Shown here piece after piece: positions 1-12,454 of a stretch of 64,000 nt of DNA. The translations under genes and the position numbers were made by a program. The DNA comes from Convolutriloba macropyga (Eukaryota), in NCBI RefSeq assembly GCF_964194025.1, contig NW_027451353.1:62001-126000 (forward strand), written 5' to 3'. Positions within the stretch are counted from its first letter, which is position 1, and the number at the start of each line of letters is the position of its first letter. The notes under the pieces are model-generated. The model worked only from the letters and a program-made list of their open reading frames with translations. It ran no database searches and was not told where the DNA came from.

Positions 1-1850
1 TAACAATCCCAGATTTAAACAAAACCAGACTAGGTTTTACAAGTATTGCAAACGTTCAGGTCACACAATTTCATATTGCTTTAAATACAAAGACTTTATA
101 AACAAAAACCCGCCTCAAAATCGAGAAAAGTTCACAGATATTTATAAACGTAGTCGGAGCCATTCACCGAGTCAACAAAATTACAGATCAAACAATTATG
201 ACAATCAAAACTGTAGTGACCAACACAAAAATAATTATAACCAAAATCAATCAAATTATCGAAAGAACTCTAGGTCAGAATACCGACACCAATCACCATA
301 CCCATCAGACTCTTCAAACAATTAGCGATCATCATCCAACGATGGCCGGTCACAGGAACGACAAAGTAACTATGTAACAACTTTTATAGTGATAGCAATA
401 GGCAAAATAGTAGGGATAGACAGAGCAACGCTCCCCCAAGATCAGATAATTGGTATCGTGATAGGAGTAGGGACCAGGATCGTGATAGGACACCTACTAG
501 ACAAAGCAATGCTAATCATTCAAGAGATAGCAGTGATGGGCAAAGCCTTCGATTCCACTTTACCAGCGAAACTCCCGGAGGCTATTACAACGAGGACAAC
601 TACAACAAAGAGTATTTAAACTAGATCGGTCTCCGTTCATAAACACTACTAATAGCAAAGCAAGTTATTCACATATTTATTTTAATTTATATCAAACCAT
701 CCCAGACAAAAATAAAAATAACGGCTTAGAAACACAGTTTTTATTAGACACAGGAGCATCAAGCTCTATAATTAATTACTACAGTTACATTGAATTGTTG
801 AAAACACAATACTTTGAGTTGAAAGCTTCAAAAAATCATACTTTAATGGTTAATGATGAGAAACTAAAACTGCTAGGTCGAATAACTTTTATAACTTCTT
901 TCGACATTGAAGGAAAGTTACCAAGTGGAAGTTACCGCATGGCTTTCAGCCAAAGATGATTGCAAGCCAAACTTGTTGAGAATGGATTTCCACTGTAAAA
1001 ACCATGACACACCAAACAATTATGACAATCAAAACTGTAGTGACCAACACAGAAATAATTATAACCAAAATCAATCAAATTATCAAAAGAACTCTAGGTC
1101 AGAATACCGACACCAATCACCATACCCATCAGACTCTTCAAACAATTAGCGATCATCATCCAACGATGGCCGGTCACAGGAACGACAAAGTAACTATGTA
1201 ACAACTTTAATAGAGATAGCAATAGGCAAAATAGTAGGGATAGACAGAGCAACGCTCCACCAAGATCAGATAATCGGTATCGTGATAGGAGTAGAGACCA
1301 GGATCGTGATAGGACACCTACTAGACAAAGCAATGCTAATCATTCAGGAGATAGCAGTGATGGGCAAAGCCTTCGATTCCACTTTACCAGCGAAATTCCC
1401 GGAGGCTATTACAACGAGGACAACTACAACAAAGAGTATTTAAACTAGATCGGTCTCCGTTCATAAACACTACTAATAGCAAAGCAAGTTATTCACATAT
1501 TTATTTTAATTTATATCAAACCATCGGAGACAAAAATAAAAATAACGGCTTAGAAACACAGTTTTTATTAGACACAGGAGCATCAAGCTCTATAATTAAT
1601 TACCACAGTTACATTGAATTGTTGAAAACACAATACTTTGAGTTGAAAGCTTCAAAAAATCATACTTTAATGGTTAATGATGAGAAACTAAAACTGTTAG
1701 GTCGAATAACTTTTATAACTTCTTTCGACATTGAAGGAAAGTTACCAAGTGGAAGTTACCGCATGGGTTTCAGCCAAAGATGATTGCAAGCCAAACTTGT
1801 TGAGAATGGATTTCCACTGTAAAAACCATTGACATAAGCACTCCAAAAAT
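1..1850 (+). pseudogene. Gag C-terminal R/S/D/N-rich region plus retropepsin-type aspartic protease (two copies)
   Basis: TTATTAGACACAGGAGCATCAAGC encodes LLDTGASS(SIIN) at 741 and 1565. Upstream is low-complexity RDRSRDQDRDR-type coding sequence. Frameshifted. Confidence 0.8.
189..1834 (+). repeat. Tandem duplication of ~824 bp covering gag C-terminus and protease
   Basis: CAAACAATTATGACAATC occurs at 189 and 1013, and CACTGTAAAAACCAT at 991 and 1815 (offset 824). The copies are near-identical with scattered substitutions. Confidence 0.95.
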
Positions 1851-2651
1851 TGACTTGAAAACTTACCCTGAAGTAACCGTCGAACTATCTAGGTACCAAA
1901 CCAAAAGCTATTCGTTTGTTAGTTCCTTCAAAATTGCAACTCTTGATCAGCAGCTACCCTTAGCACCAAAATCAACTCGCGTAATATCAATTAGACAACC
2001 CAAACGAATTTTTCAGAAATTGAACCTCTTTTATAATCGGAAGTGGACTGCAAGCTCAAGGTATTTATACTCACAACGTTCAGTGTTTTAGAAAAGAAGA
2101 AGATCTACCAATAATGCCAAACAATGCTCAAAACAACAAGTTTGTCATTCATAAGGGTCCTATGGGGCACACTTTGGAAGACATTGAAGTTAAACAAGAC
2201 ATAGAATATTCTGTAGTTGACAACGTTGCATTCATAAACCACCTAATGAACACTGACACTAATTGGGATCAAATATTCCATGTTAACGAAAAGTAAGGTC
2301 CAAAAATTTCGAAAATTCAAAAATTGCTTTCAAACCAACAAAACCCCTGAAAAACAAAAGAAAACAGAAAAGCGCAAAAGACAGCAAGATTTTACCAAGA
2401 ACTACGAATTATAAACAGACTTTAGCGACGACCTTAAGGATCTTAAGCCACAATTAGAAACAACTGATGAGAACATCAGACCCGTTGAGCTTCCCAAAGA
2501 AAAACTTAACAGATTTGACAAAACCGATCAAGCGTTCCTCGAAGAATTTGATTTCAGTCAAGCTGACATCAGTGACGAAAACTTAGACAAATTACTGAGA
2601 ACTGTAATTAAAAATAAGGACGTTTATTCTAAACACAAATACGAGGTTAGC

Positions 2652-3583
2652 ATGATAAAGCAAAAATTTCATGTCAAACTTTTACCAAATACAACTTTAA
2701 CAAAACAGAGACCGTCCAAAGTACCGTTACATTATCAGGAAAAACAAGAAAACTTTTTGGAACAACTGTGTAAAACAGGTATAATCCGGGAAATGGGTAA
2801 TGATAAAGAAATGGGTTCAGAATTTATTAATCCAATCAGAATCCTACTTAAGGGGAACACAATAAAACTGATCGTAGACGCCCGATATTTGAATTCAATA
2901 ACAGATCTTAGCCGATTTTCATGGCCGCTCGAACCAATCGGAAGCCTATTAACTAGACTTAAAGGTAATTTCTTCACAACCAGTGATCTTTGTTCAGCTT
3001 ATATCCAAGTGCCTATAAATGAGGAAACCAAACAGCTCGTAAGTTTTGTAATTGGTCCAAAGCAATACACATTTGAACGCGGATTTAATGGACTATGCGG
3101 TCTACCTAATTTCTTCAGCCGTATAATGACTATTCATTTTGCACTATTAACCAAAAAAAAGCTATGACATACATTGATGACACCATCAAGCAAGAGCAAT
3201 ATGAAACCCAACTGTTTGAAATAATTGACAAGTACCATGAACTCTTAAGGAAATCAAGGTTAAAAGCTCAATCTGAAAAGACTAAATTTTTCCTTAGGAA
3301 AGTACAGTTCTTAGGACACGTAGAAGGTAAAGATGGAATGCAGCCAGTCAAGAGGCGAGTAGCAGATTTAAAAGCACTCAAGTCGCTTGAAAACAAACGT
3401 GATGTCATGAGAGTTATAGGTTACTTAGGATTCTACAGCATGTACATCAACAATTTGATCGTTGACTGCCAACCATTTTTTGAACTAACCCGCACAGAAA
3501 CTAAACTAGGTTTGTCTGGACAACGGAACACGAAAAACTGTTTAATGACATTCAAGACAGGATTAGCGAAGATAATATCTTAG
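2652..3583 (+). pseudogene. Reverse transcriptase (frameshifted)
   Basis: Motifs LIVDARYLN, FTTSDLCSAYIQVP, GLCGLPNFF, TYIDD, VQFLGH and GFYSMYI span ORFs 2652..3167 and 3164..3583. Confidence 0.93.
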
Positions 3584-4220
3584 CAATACCTGATACTAAA
3601 CACCCTTTCTACGTGCATGTAGACGCTCCTTCTAAAGGAGTAGGCTCATTTCTCGTCCAGAAATTTCCAGAAGGGAAACGAATAGTGTCTTTTAACTCTA
3701 GAATTTACACTAAAGAGGAACAAAAAATGAGCACACAGCACGCGAACTTTGCGGTGTAATATCTGCATTACAAACGTATGAGCCTTACTTAATTGGTTCT
3801 CCTCATCCCGTATACGTGTACATAGACGATAAGCCTTTAAGGTACCTATGGGGTAGACGAGGAAAATTCTCTCACAGGTTTTTCAGATACCAGTTAGTAA
3901 TTTCTCAATTTCAGAACTTGAAAATTATCTGGACCGAAGGAAAAAATTTAGCTTTTCTCGGCATTCTATTTCGTAATGTAAAAATTAAAGACCTTGACAA
4001 GTATCAACTTAAACACAAAAAGATACCAAAAGACATTAGTTTTTACGACGAGCATGGTAACAAGGAAAAATATTTCATTTTGCGTTATTATGAAAAGGGA
4101 CCAGCAGATGATTTTTTTCCAATCTTAAAACAAAGCTTAACAAGAATCGACAAATTTATTTTCAAAAACGACAAAATGGTGAAGCAAAAGTACGACAACC
4201 TTCAAAACCACCATAAATAA
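3584..4220 (+). pseudogene. RNase H (Ty3/Gypsy type), frameshifted
   Basis: Manual translation gives PDTKHPFYVHVDAPSKGVGSFLVQ...IVSFNSRIYTKEEQKMS, then YEPYLIGS..VYIDDKPL and EGKNLAF. Confidence 0.85.
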
Positions 4221-4770
4221 TATTTCCGAAGATTTCTCGCATGGTTCATCAATTAACCATTACAGACGTCACCGCGAACATGAAGTATCCCCTGTATCAG
4301 AACAGGAGGAGGACGAAATGTCTGACCACTATACAGAAATCCCTTCCTACCAGGAAGAGGAGACATCCAAACGATATTTTGATCCAATTTCGGAGTTTGA
4401 GCTGTTCAATGAGAACCAGCCGCCGAAATTAAATTTTGATGAACTCTACATTGATCAAAATAATACAACTGACTCGAGGTATAGGTTGCCATTCGAACAC
4501 GATAAAGTTTTTCTCGTGAAAAATAGTACATGTATAGATAAAACCGAATTAGCTAAAAAATTTCCCGAAAACCCAAAGTTAAAGATGCAAGAGAACTCAT
4601 CGATAAACTTACAACCTTCTCAAAGGAAATTGATCTAAATACTTCAGTATTTGTCAGGAACAATTAAAAGACCCTGTGATACGACAAATTTGCCAATTCA
4701 GGACGAACAATAACAAAGATGAGGAGAAAATTGAATTCCGACAATCCAGATGTTAAATATTTGAAAATTT

Positions 4771-6401
4771 GTGTACCACTGTCATTGTTCTTTAAAGTTT
4801 CACTTAGCTCATTGTGAACTGTCAGGTCATGGTGGATTAGATAAAACACTTGCTATAGTAAAAAAAAAATTTATTGGCCCGGAATGTATAAATGGATTGA
4901 AAACTTCAATCCAAAAACGGAGAGACATCCACAAAGCACCTCTTGAAAAATGGACTGATACAGTCCCATTCCCTTTTAATACAGTCTACATTAATCACAA
5001 GCGACCTTTAAATCCTCCATCGAACGGTAAACATGATTGCCTAGTTTTTGTCGACTCATTTTCACGTTTCATTCAGGTATACACTGTACGATCCACAGTT
5101 GCTGTAGATACCATAAAAGCTTTAGAAACATTTATTAAGTCTTTTGGAATACCACAAAAACTTGTTTAAGATAAGGGTTCCGCGTTCATGAACCAAGATT
5201 TTACGAGTTATATTCATGAATTAGGCATAACACCTGCACCTTGGACAGCTTATTCACCTTGGACTAATGGTAAAGTCGAGATCCAAAACAAACATCTAGG
5301 AGCACATTTCCCAATTTTTCTAGAACAAGCTCGAGGTCAATGGAATTATTTGGCACCAAAATTTGCTTTTTCTCATAACACGGTTCCAAACGGTAGTGCT
5401 GGAATCTCACCTTATGAAATTGTGTTCGGACAAAAACCACAGATACCTCTGTCACTTAAGTTATGGCTCCTACGAAATTCAGAACTCACATGCTCCTCCG
5501 AGTTTTGTAAAGACCTGCCCCTTCACAGGCAAACTTTGCAAACTTCGAAAAACACAAAAATTGACAAGCTCCTAAAACCTACCATAAACAATTCAAAGGT
5601 CATGCGTGAAAACCAATTTAAACAAATATACAATAACACCTATAAAAATAGCTTAGAAAACAATAACCGCGCACATAAAAACAGAAATAAACACAAGTTA
5701 GGTAAGCCACTGGATATTGGACAAAAAGTTTTAATTGAAAATCATCAAATTGAATTGGGAACGTCAAAAAAACTACATGAGCTAAGATCAGACCCTTATA
5801 CGGTAGATAAAAAATAACCAATGTGAACTACGAAATAAATTTAGATAACAACCCGGTTACCAGAAAAGTTGCTCATGTAAATCACGTAGTCGAGTACTAC
5901 CCAGCTACTGAAACTATACCAGAGTTAACCCTAGAATATGGTAGAGATAAAAATAATTGTTACACATTTTATAATAACTTGATAACAAGTCAAATGAATA
6001 AACTCAACAGTCCTTTGACTAAATTTTCGCTCCAAAGCCCAACTAACACCGAATTTTTCCCCGTGGAGATTTTCACAAGAGGAGATCCACCTGTGCAGAG
6101 CCTAGACCTTGATCGAACTCCCACCATTTTTGACTCTGGATTTAAAAAAGAAAGTTCAGGTAGCCGTGACAACTACCCTCTAGTTCCAATAAATCTGCCC
6201 AGTGACAGTCGAACAAGGAGCTCAACTCCTTGCAAGCTGAAAAATTCTAGAATACTTATAGACCCAAATTTAAGTCCTTTCCGCCCTATTAGATCGGAAC
6301 AAGGACCTTCTAATTTTCAAACTTTAGAAAATAATAATAATAGGCGAACTTCTAGTCACTTGACTAAGCCGCCATCAGGTTATCAAGCCGGATTTACTTA
6401 A
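4771..6401 (+). pseudogene. Integrase with GPY/F-like C-terminus and low-complexity tail
   Basis: HCELSGHGG (HHCC half), VFVDSFSRF, DKGSAF, SPWTNGKVE, SPYEIVFG, SDPYTV; interrupted by stops. Confidence 0.9.
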
Positions 6402-6506
6402 TTTTGATTTGAGATACTAGAAACCCAGTCAACATTTACTGGACGTGCCTATTACTACAATTCGTAGCCTTAACCCCTCGCTTGAAACGCTAAAAAAAAG
6501 AACAGA

Positions 6507-8760
6507 ATGAAAAGATATCCTTGTTTTGAAAAACTCTATTTTTCTTATTTAGTTATAAGTCTTTCCTACTTTTGTACTCCTTTTATAGTTATTAACTCTA
6601 CTGAACCTATCCTTGACGATATAAATGATGTATCTAGCAAACTTAGGGTCATTCGTTATGACTGTTCTAAAATGAAAGAAAACAAAATGTATGCTCTAAC
6701 ACAAGTTTCTCCTTGCAAAATCACACCCGAAAACATTCAGATGGTTGATACACATGTAACACTTTGTCAGCGGTCTTATCGGACTTTTGTCAAAGCTCTT
6801 ATGTGCAAGGTCACTGCGATGCTCATTCGTTATAATTGCGGAATGTTTTCCTATTCATCAATTCTACACAACGCTCCAATAATAACATACAAAATTACAG
6901 CTTCGCCTGAACAACGTTTAAATGCTAAAAAAACTGAAAAAATTATTGTTACAGAAATTGATGATGATGACATGGAAATTGACATAAAACATGGAATAAG
7001 AACTGTCTCTTATAAAAACCAGGGATTTGATCTTGAAGGTGAATCATCAACATCTTGTGATAAATTGTGGTCAAATTAAACATTTTTCTTTTGGAACCTT
7101 GTTGCAAGAAACCGTACTCTATATTGATCTTAATGACAGAACTGTCTATAACAGTCAAGGACTAAAATTTCCTTGTGCCCTCTCAGAAGGAGGTTGTCAT
7201 TCGACATCACTCGACTACTTTCCTTACAATTGGGAGGCACCGGAAAATTGTATAGTTACTAAAAGTTTTTCACAAAAAGCTAAAAAGCATAAACATGAAT
7301 ACGAACTTGGTAACGTACAGTATTTCATAGTGAGTGATGAAAAACCGGAGACGCCCTATGAAGGACCAGGAACGTTTTCTCCTGCTGAAATGGATATAAA
7401 AGTTAGAGTAGTCTATGAAAAAGAAATTGTGTGTGGAAAACCTGAGTTTATTTACAGAACAAATTTAGATTCTATATATGTACAGGCGGATTTAATATGA
7501 AGTCTGGCAAACCTTATAAGTCAAAAACTCAACAATTTTTTTCATAAACTTCGTATTGATCCTGACAACAGCCGAAGTGTAAATGGGTTTAATAGGAAGC
7601 CTTCAGATGAACAGATTCGAACATTCGAAAATGGTTTTGTTGCATGGGAACACTTAGACAAAGACAAGTTAGACTATGATCTTAACCTTGCGGTAAAAAT
7701 GCAATTTGTCATATGTCATAATTACATGCAAATGAAACAAGCATGGTTCGGTCATAGAGGAATGCAAACTTGATCGAACTCAAAAACAAATGATAGACAA
7801 AGATAAAAGAAAACAAATGATAACAAATGCAGACTGTCCAAAATAATCGTTTAGCTGGATACATATTAACTGGCAACTGCTCGATCTTCTTAGACACAGA
7901 TGGTAGCATAGGTTGGCTGTACCACTGTCCAAAACGAAACTCACCAATTAAGGTTCATGATCAGTGTTCTGATAGGATTCCTATTCACTATGATGATGAG
8001 ACAATGTTCGTCGACCCAATTACTCGACAAACATATCCATTTGCTAACGAAGTTAATTGTATTGGAGGCTACAAAACGCCTACCAATTAGGTATTGATAA
8101 TGATAATTCATGGTACCATTTGATACCAGCACTTGTTCCTTTACAACCGCCAAAATTATTCTCTTCAAGAGTTGTTAGTTCTGTTCCAAAATTTACCGGT
8201 TACGAATAACAACGTGCCGGAATTTACACACCAAATCAATTAAAATCGTTTTGTGACCATATCTTGCATTCGGAAGCATCAAAATCAGTTTTGACAAAAA
8301 ATTCGAGAGAAGTTCTAGAAAGAAGAAGTATAGACTACTCACAAAAAGGCATCTATGCGTCCGCGATGGGCATAAATAGACAAATTTATCTAGACTCTCT
8401 ACTCTCAACTACATTTTTTACGGAGCAGTTCAAAGGCACTTTTGGAATTATCACTTTCTATCTGTAAAAAATTGGAGTTTATTTTGCTTGTTTCTTGTGC
8501 ATAAAATTCCTTACTGATGTAATTGTAACTATCATTAGAGCTTTCGAAATCCACAAAATATCCAAAAAAATGGGTTTTTGGAAAACTGAATTAGGAGCAA
8601 TTTATTATATTTGTATTTTATCGTTCTTTACACCGGTATTTTCTAACAAAACCACACCATCGGATCCAGAAAACACCAATCATTTTTTACCGCTTAGTAG
8701 TTATCAACCTTACATCACAATAGAAAAAATTACAAATGCGTTGAGGATCAACCAAGGGAA
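6507..8760 (+). pseudogene. env: Env-like viral fusion glycoprotein (chuvirus-G / gB-like class III type, inferred), frameshifted
   Basis: N-terminal signal-like segment, then YDCS..MYALTQVSPC, CKV..YNCGMFS, CALSEGGC, YNWEAPENC, VCGK..IYRTN, WLYHCP and CSDRIPI..FVDPITR..C. Hydrophobic segments at ~8440-8640. Located directly after pol. Confidence 0.8.
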
Positions 8761-9017
8761 ACTAAAATTGATGAGCATTATCATACTGAAAATAACAAAC
8801 CAACATACCCAAGTTTTGAGCCATATCAACCACAACCACAAAATGATGCTACCATTTGAAGTGAGATGGCACCGTCTTGGGGCTGTAACCAAGAAGGAAA
8901 AATCATCCTTTTTATATAAAAAAATTACTTTGTCTCAAAACAACATAAAAATTATTTGTATTAGACCCTACCAATTAGTTATTATCTTGTTTAGATACAC
9001 CTCAAGGATGCTATGTT

Positions 9018-11257
9018 ATGCAGCCCAAATTCATTAAACAGACTAACACCTTATTCATTCGATTTGGACAATACATTGGACAAATCTTATCAACAAGTAC
9101 TTCTACTTTAGGAACTACTGTAACTATTAGAGTTTCATCTTTCTATTTCAGTGACCTTATTGATCTGGACGTACCGCACTCAAATTTTCAATATTTCTTG
9201 TTGTTAAGAGCCCTGGTTGATAACACAACTACATTTGTAAACATTGGAATCGAATACAAAATTGTTTCAAAGCGCCTCAAGTAAAACCTTGCTAGATTTT
9301 GAATTCCCTTGTTAGTTCAACATTGAGAGAAATGTGCAGATTCCTTTCTTTCTTTTTATTTCTTATAATCCAATTATGACTGTTTAATCGCAATTATGTC
9401 TATCTGGCTATTGCCTGAACTCTTCCCCTACTCCGATTGTGCTACAGGGAATCCTATTGAAAGATGATCTATAAATAGTAATCGTTGTCAATAATCCTAC
9501 TTTCAGAAGTAACTGGCACCTTTATATCATCTATCTTTACAAATAAGCATACGTCCATACACAGCTATGAAATGAAAAACAAACAAAATATTAACTAAAA
9601 CGCCTCCATTAACGTACTTTTTATTTCAAGATCGACTTGTTACAATCTATCAAATAAAGAAAACATTTGAAGAAAATCACGGAGCCATTTTCGCTCAAAT
9701 TATTATAAAATTTGAGTTTTGGGACACTTGGGTAACGACAGTGTCATTTTAACCCCTCATTCGTTGTATTAGAACTATTTCGTGTATTTAGCACAGTTTG
9801 ATCCTAATAGTTTGCGTAGTGAACTAGACCAGCAAACATGACTCATCTCACTAATAGAAAACTACAATTCAGAATCGGAAATCAAATTTTTGAGCTTTTA
9901 GCCTTATGCAATGTTTCTGCTATAAGTATAATGACTTTCGTGAAAAAGCCTATGGCAGATATTTACAGATTTTTAACAATATTCATTACCCATACTCAAT
10001 TCGCCGAATTCATCATTTTTCTAGCTTACAAACAGACCCGATATTTTAAAGTTCAACATCCAATCTACATTGCTTATGTACAATTCCAAACTATGATATT
10101 TGCTGTTAACAATAAAATTGTAGGGTTGCACCAAAATCAACGATCTTTCGATGCATACCCAATTCCCGTACCTACCATACAAATAACACTCAAAAAAGAT
10201 CCAAAATGAAAAATTTGGTTTTTTAAGTATTAACCCTCTCTCAGTCCATTGGAAATTCTTCCTCTTTATTCTAGAAAATCCAAACTGTGTACCTCACAAT
10301 ATTTATTTTGATCTGCCAAAAACTGATTCTTCCAAAACGATTCAATCACTAATGAGTTGGAAACAAAAACAATAATAATATTATCATACCAAAATTGCCT
10401 AGTACAAATTCAATTTTTTGAAAAATCATTTGTCACGACAAAATGCCACAGAGTAATCCCACAACTAATACTCCATTTTGAATATTTAAACACTTGGACT
10501 AATGGCAATATTACCTTAACGCCATCTTCCCCCTATTGGACATTTCTTATAAATATATCCCAGGCTTTAAGCGGCTCAAAAATCCCTTTTAATTTAGATC
10601 TTCTGTAATGCTGTTCCATTTTGGTGAGCGCCTAGTCAAAGTAGAGTCCCTCGAGAGATCGTTCACTGAAATTTCCACCGCAGAGATTAAACCCTGTATA
10701 ATAATCAATTATACAGACTACGAACATGGATGCGAGGGTTCTAATCGACTCACCATGTGAATGATGCACTGGTAAATTTTTCTAGCACTCATTGATATCA
10801 AAGAACACTTCCCAGTCAACTTGGGCGCTCTTGAGTAAAATAATTCAGTTTACAGAAAAAACTTTTTTCCCTTTAAACATTTTTTTCGCCAGCTCATTTT
10901 TTTCCCTTTCCATCTCTCTTTCTGTTAATTCATCTCTATTCAAATAAGTTAGTTACTTCCTCGTCGTTTTTTTTTGTGTTGTTAAAAACAATGATTTTAT
11001 TCGTTGGTAAGGAAAAAGTTAAAATTGTTAAAGTAGAAAGATGGTTAACTTTTTGTTACTTACAGTATGAATCCAGCAACAAAATAACTTATATGTTCCT
11101 AAGCACAGGTACCCTTAACCATTATTGCATTTATCCAGACGAGAAACACTGGAATCGCTTTTTTGCTATTGCAGATTTAAATGTAACTATCCCCAATGAA
11201 CTCAAATACCATGGATCAGAAGTCTCATGCCCAAATATCTCTGATTTGTCCATATAA
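9018..11257 (+). CDS. Tandem array of small (~80-95 aa) divergent paralogous accessory ORFs of unknown function; several frameshifted
   Basis: Shared pattern by eye: FLFQDRLVTIYQIKKTF (~9620), MIFAVNNKIVGLHQNQRSF (10093), LSYQNCLVQIQFFEKSF (10357 ORF), MLFHFGERLVKVESLERSF (10608) and MILFVGKEKVKIVKVERW (10991). C-terminal P-x3-[HY]W-x2-hydrophobic motif (NPLSVHWKFF, TPSSPYWTFL, YPDEKHWNRF). Confidence 0.65.
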
Positions 11258-11655
11258 TGGGAAACATTTTGAAAATATACTCTCAGCAACTACAAACTGA
11301 TAAAACCCCAATAATGGAATGCCCTATTTTTTACCTGCCTTGCCGTCAATTCAAAAAATTGCACAAAAACCCAAATGGTCAACCTCCCCATTTTGCTTGC
11401 ATCCCCTGTAGAAATGAGTTATTTAAATATTGGAATCAAGATAATTGCCCCATTTGCGTACCTCCCATTTATACAGTCACTAATTGCCATTATTTCCAGT
11501 GTAATACTTGTCAAGAAATCAAAAAGTTGTCCACTTGCCACAGTCATTTCAAAGACTTACACCCAAAAAAAACCTTTTGTTTGCAGTGTATGACCTTCAC
11601 AACTACAAAATGCCCTTTATGTAAACAAACAATTGACCCAAACAATCCGTGGTAA
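11257..11655 (+). CDS. Double RING-like zinc-finger accessory protein (copy 1), 132 aa
   Basis: HFACIPC..CPIC..YFQCNTC..H..FCLQC..KCPLCKQTI; open frame; starts MG; its ATG overlaps the previous stop (TAATG). Confidence 0.75.
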   Translation: MGNILKIYSQQLQTDKTPIMECPIFYLPCRQFKKLHKNPNGQPPHFACIPCRNELFKYWNQDNCPICVPPIYTVTNCHYFQCNTCQEIKKLSTCHSHFKDLHPKKTFCLQCMTFTTTKCPLCKQTIDPNNPW

Positions 11656-11693
11656 AATCTTCGATTCAAAATTTTGTTTGCAAACTATTCAAA

Positions 11694-11893
11694 ATGTTTA
11701 CACCTACATTACTTGATTTTTTATTAATGGCCCTCATGATCATGCAGCAGCCTTTTCTTTCGTTTTAACCATTTTCCTTGTAGCTGTAAGTATTCCTTTC
11801 AATTTTTTGATGTTAATAGTTATATTAGTAAAAAACCGAACAATAAAATCCCAAGGTAATCAACAACCAAATCCTCCAACCGTATCAGCTTAA
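11694..11893 (+). pseudogene. Small single-pass membrane protein ORF (frameshifted)
   Basis: Manual translation AAAFSFVLTIFLVAVSIPFNFLMLIVILVKNR...; frameshift in the T-run near 11720. Confidence 0.45.
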
Positions 11894-11925
11894 ACACAAT
11901 CGCCTCCAATGACATTCTTTCAAAA

Positions 11926-12306
11926 ATGAATACTATTGACAAAGAAACCAATACTGAAGAATCCAAACCGGTCACATTCATTTGCCTGTGCTGCAAACGC
12001 GCGAAACGATAGTTTTCAACAAAATAATATGAAAACTTCCCAAACGAATTACACCACGTGATGTGTCTGCTTTGTTATCAATATGTTATAAAAGATATGG
12101 GTTATGATTTTTGTACCAAATGCTCTAAATTTAATGTTATCTTTTCAATCCTTAACTGGTTTCAATGTGATATTTGCAGACAAACAAGATTTCAATACTC
12201 TGTTGCAAAAACATTTCATCACAGTGATCATAAGCCCATCAACTTTTGTAAATTTTGCGTAAAAGGTTACAACTTATGCCCTCTTTGCAAAAAAACAATC
12301 ACCTAA
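11926..12306 (+). pseudogene. Double RING-like zinc-finger accessory protein (copy 2), two in-frame stops
   Basis: ATG 11926 is in frame with ORF 12058: FICLCCK..HVMCLLC..FCTKC..WFQCDIC..FCKFC..LCPLCKKTI, which aligns with copy 1. Confidence 0.75.
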
Positions 12307-12312
12307 TCTAAA

Positions 12313-12450
12313 ATGCGTCCAAAAACTTCCAAAATTTTAATTCCTTTCCTGGTTTTACTTTTAGTCCACTTGATATCCCTAATCCAATTCAGTTTTTACC
12401 AGGAACAAGTCACCTTTTTCACCCTATTTCTTCACTACTCAGTGATATGA
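12313..12450 (+). CDS. Small hydrophobic ORF (45 aa)
   Basis: MRPKTSKILIPFLVLLLVHLISLIQFSF...; starts 6 nt after the previous stop and ends 4 nt before the next ATG. Confidence 0.4.
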   Translation: MRPKTSKILIPFLVLLLVHLISLIQFSFYQEQVTFFTLFLHYSVI

Positions 12451-12454
12451 CAAA

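Noticed and set aside
10206-10209. ATGA overlap at the end of ORF 9838..10209
   Set aside because: The downstream ATG frame closes after 6 codons. The site is a frameshift within the paralogue starting at 10093, which continues EKFGFLSINPLSVHWKFF.
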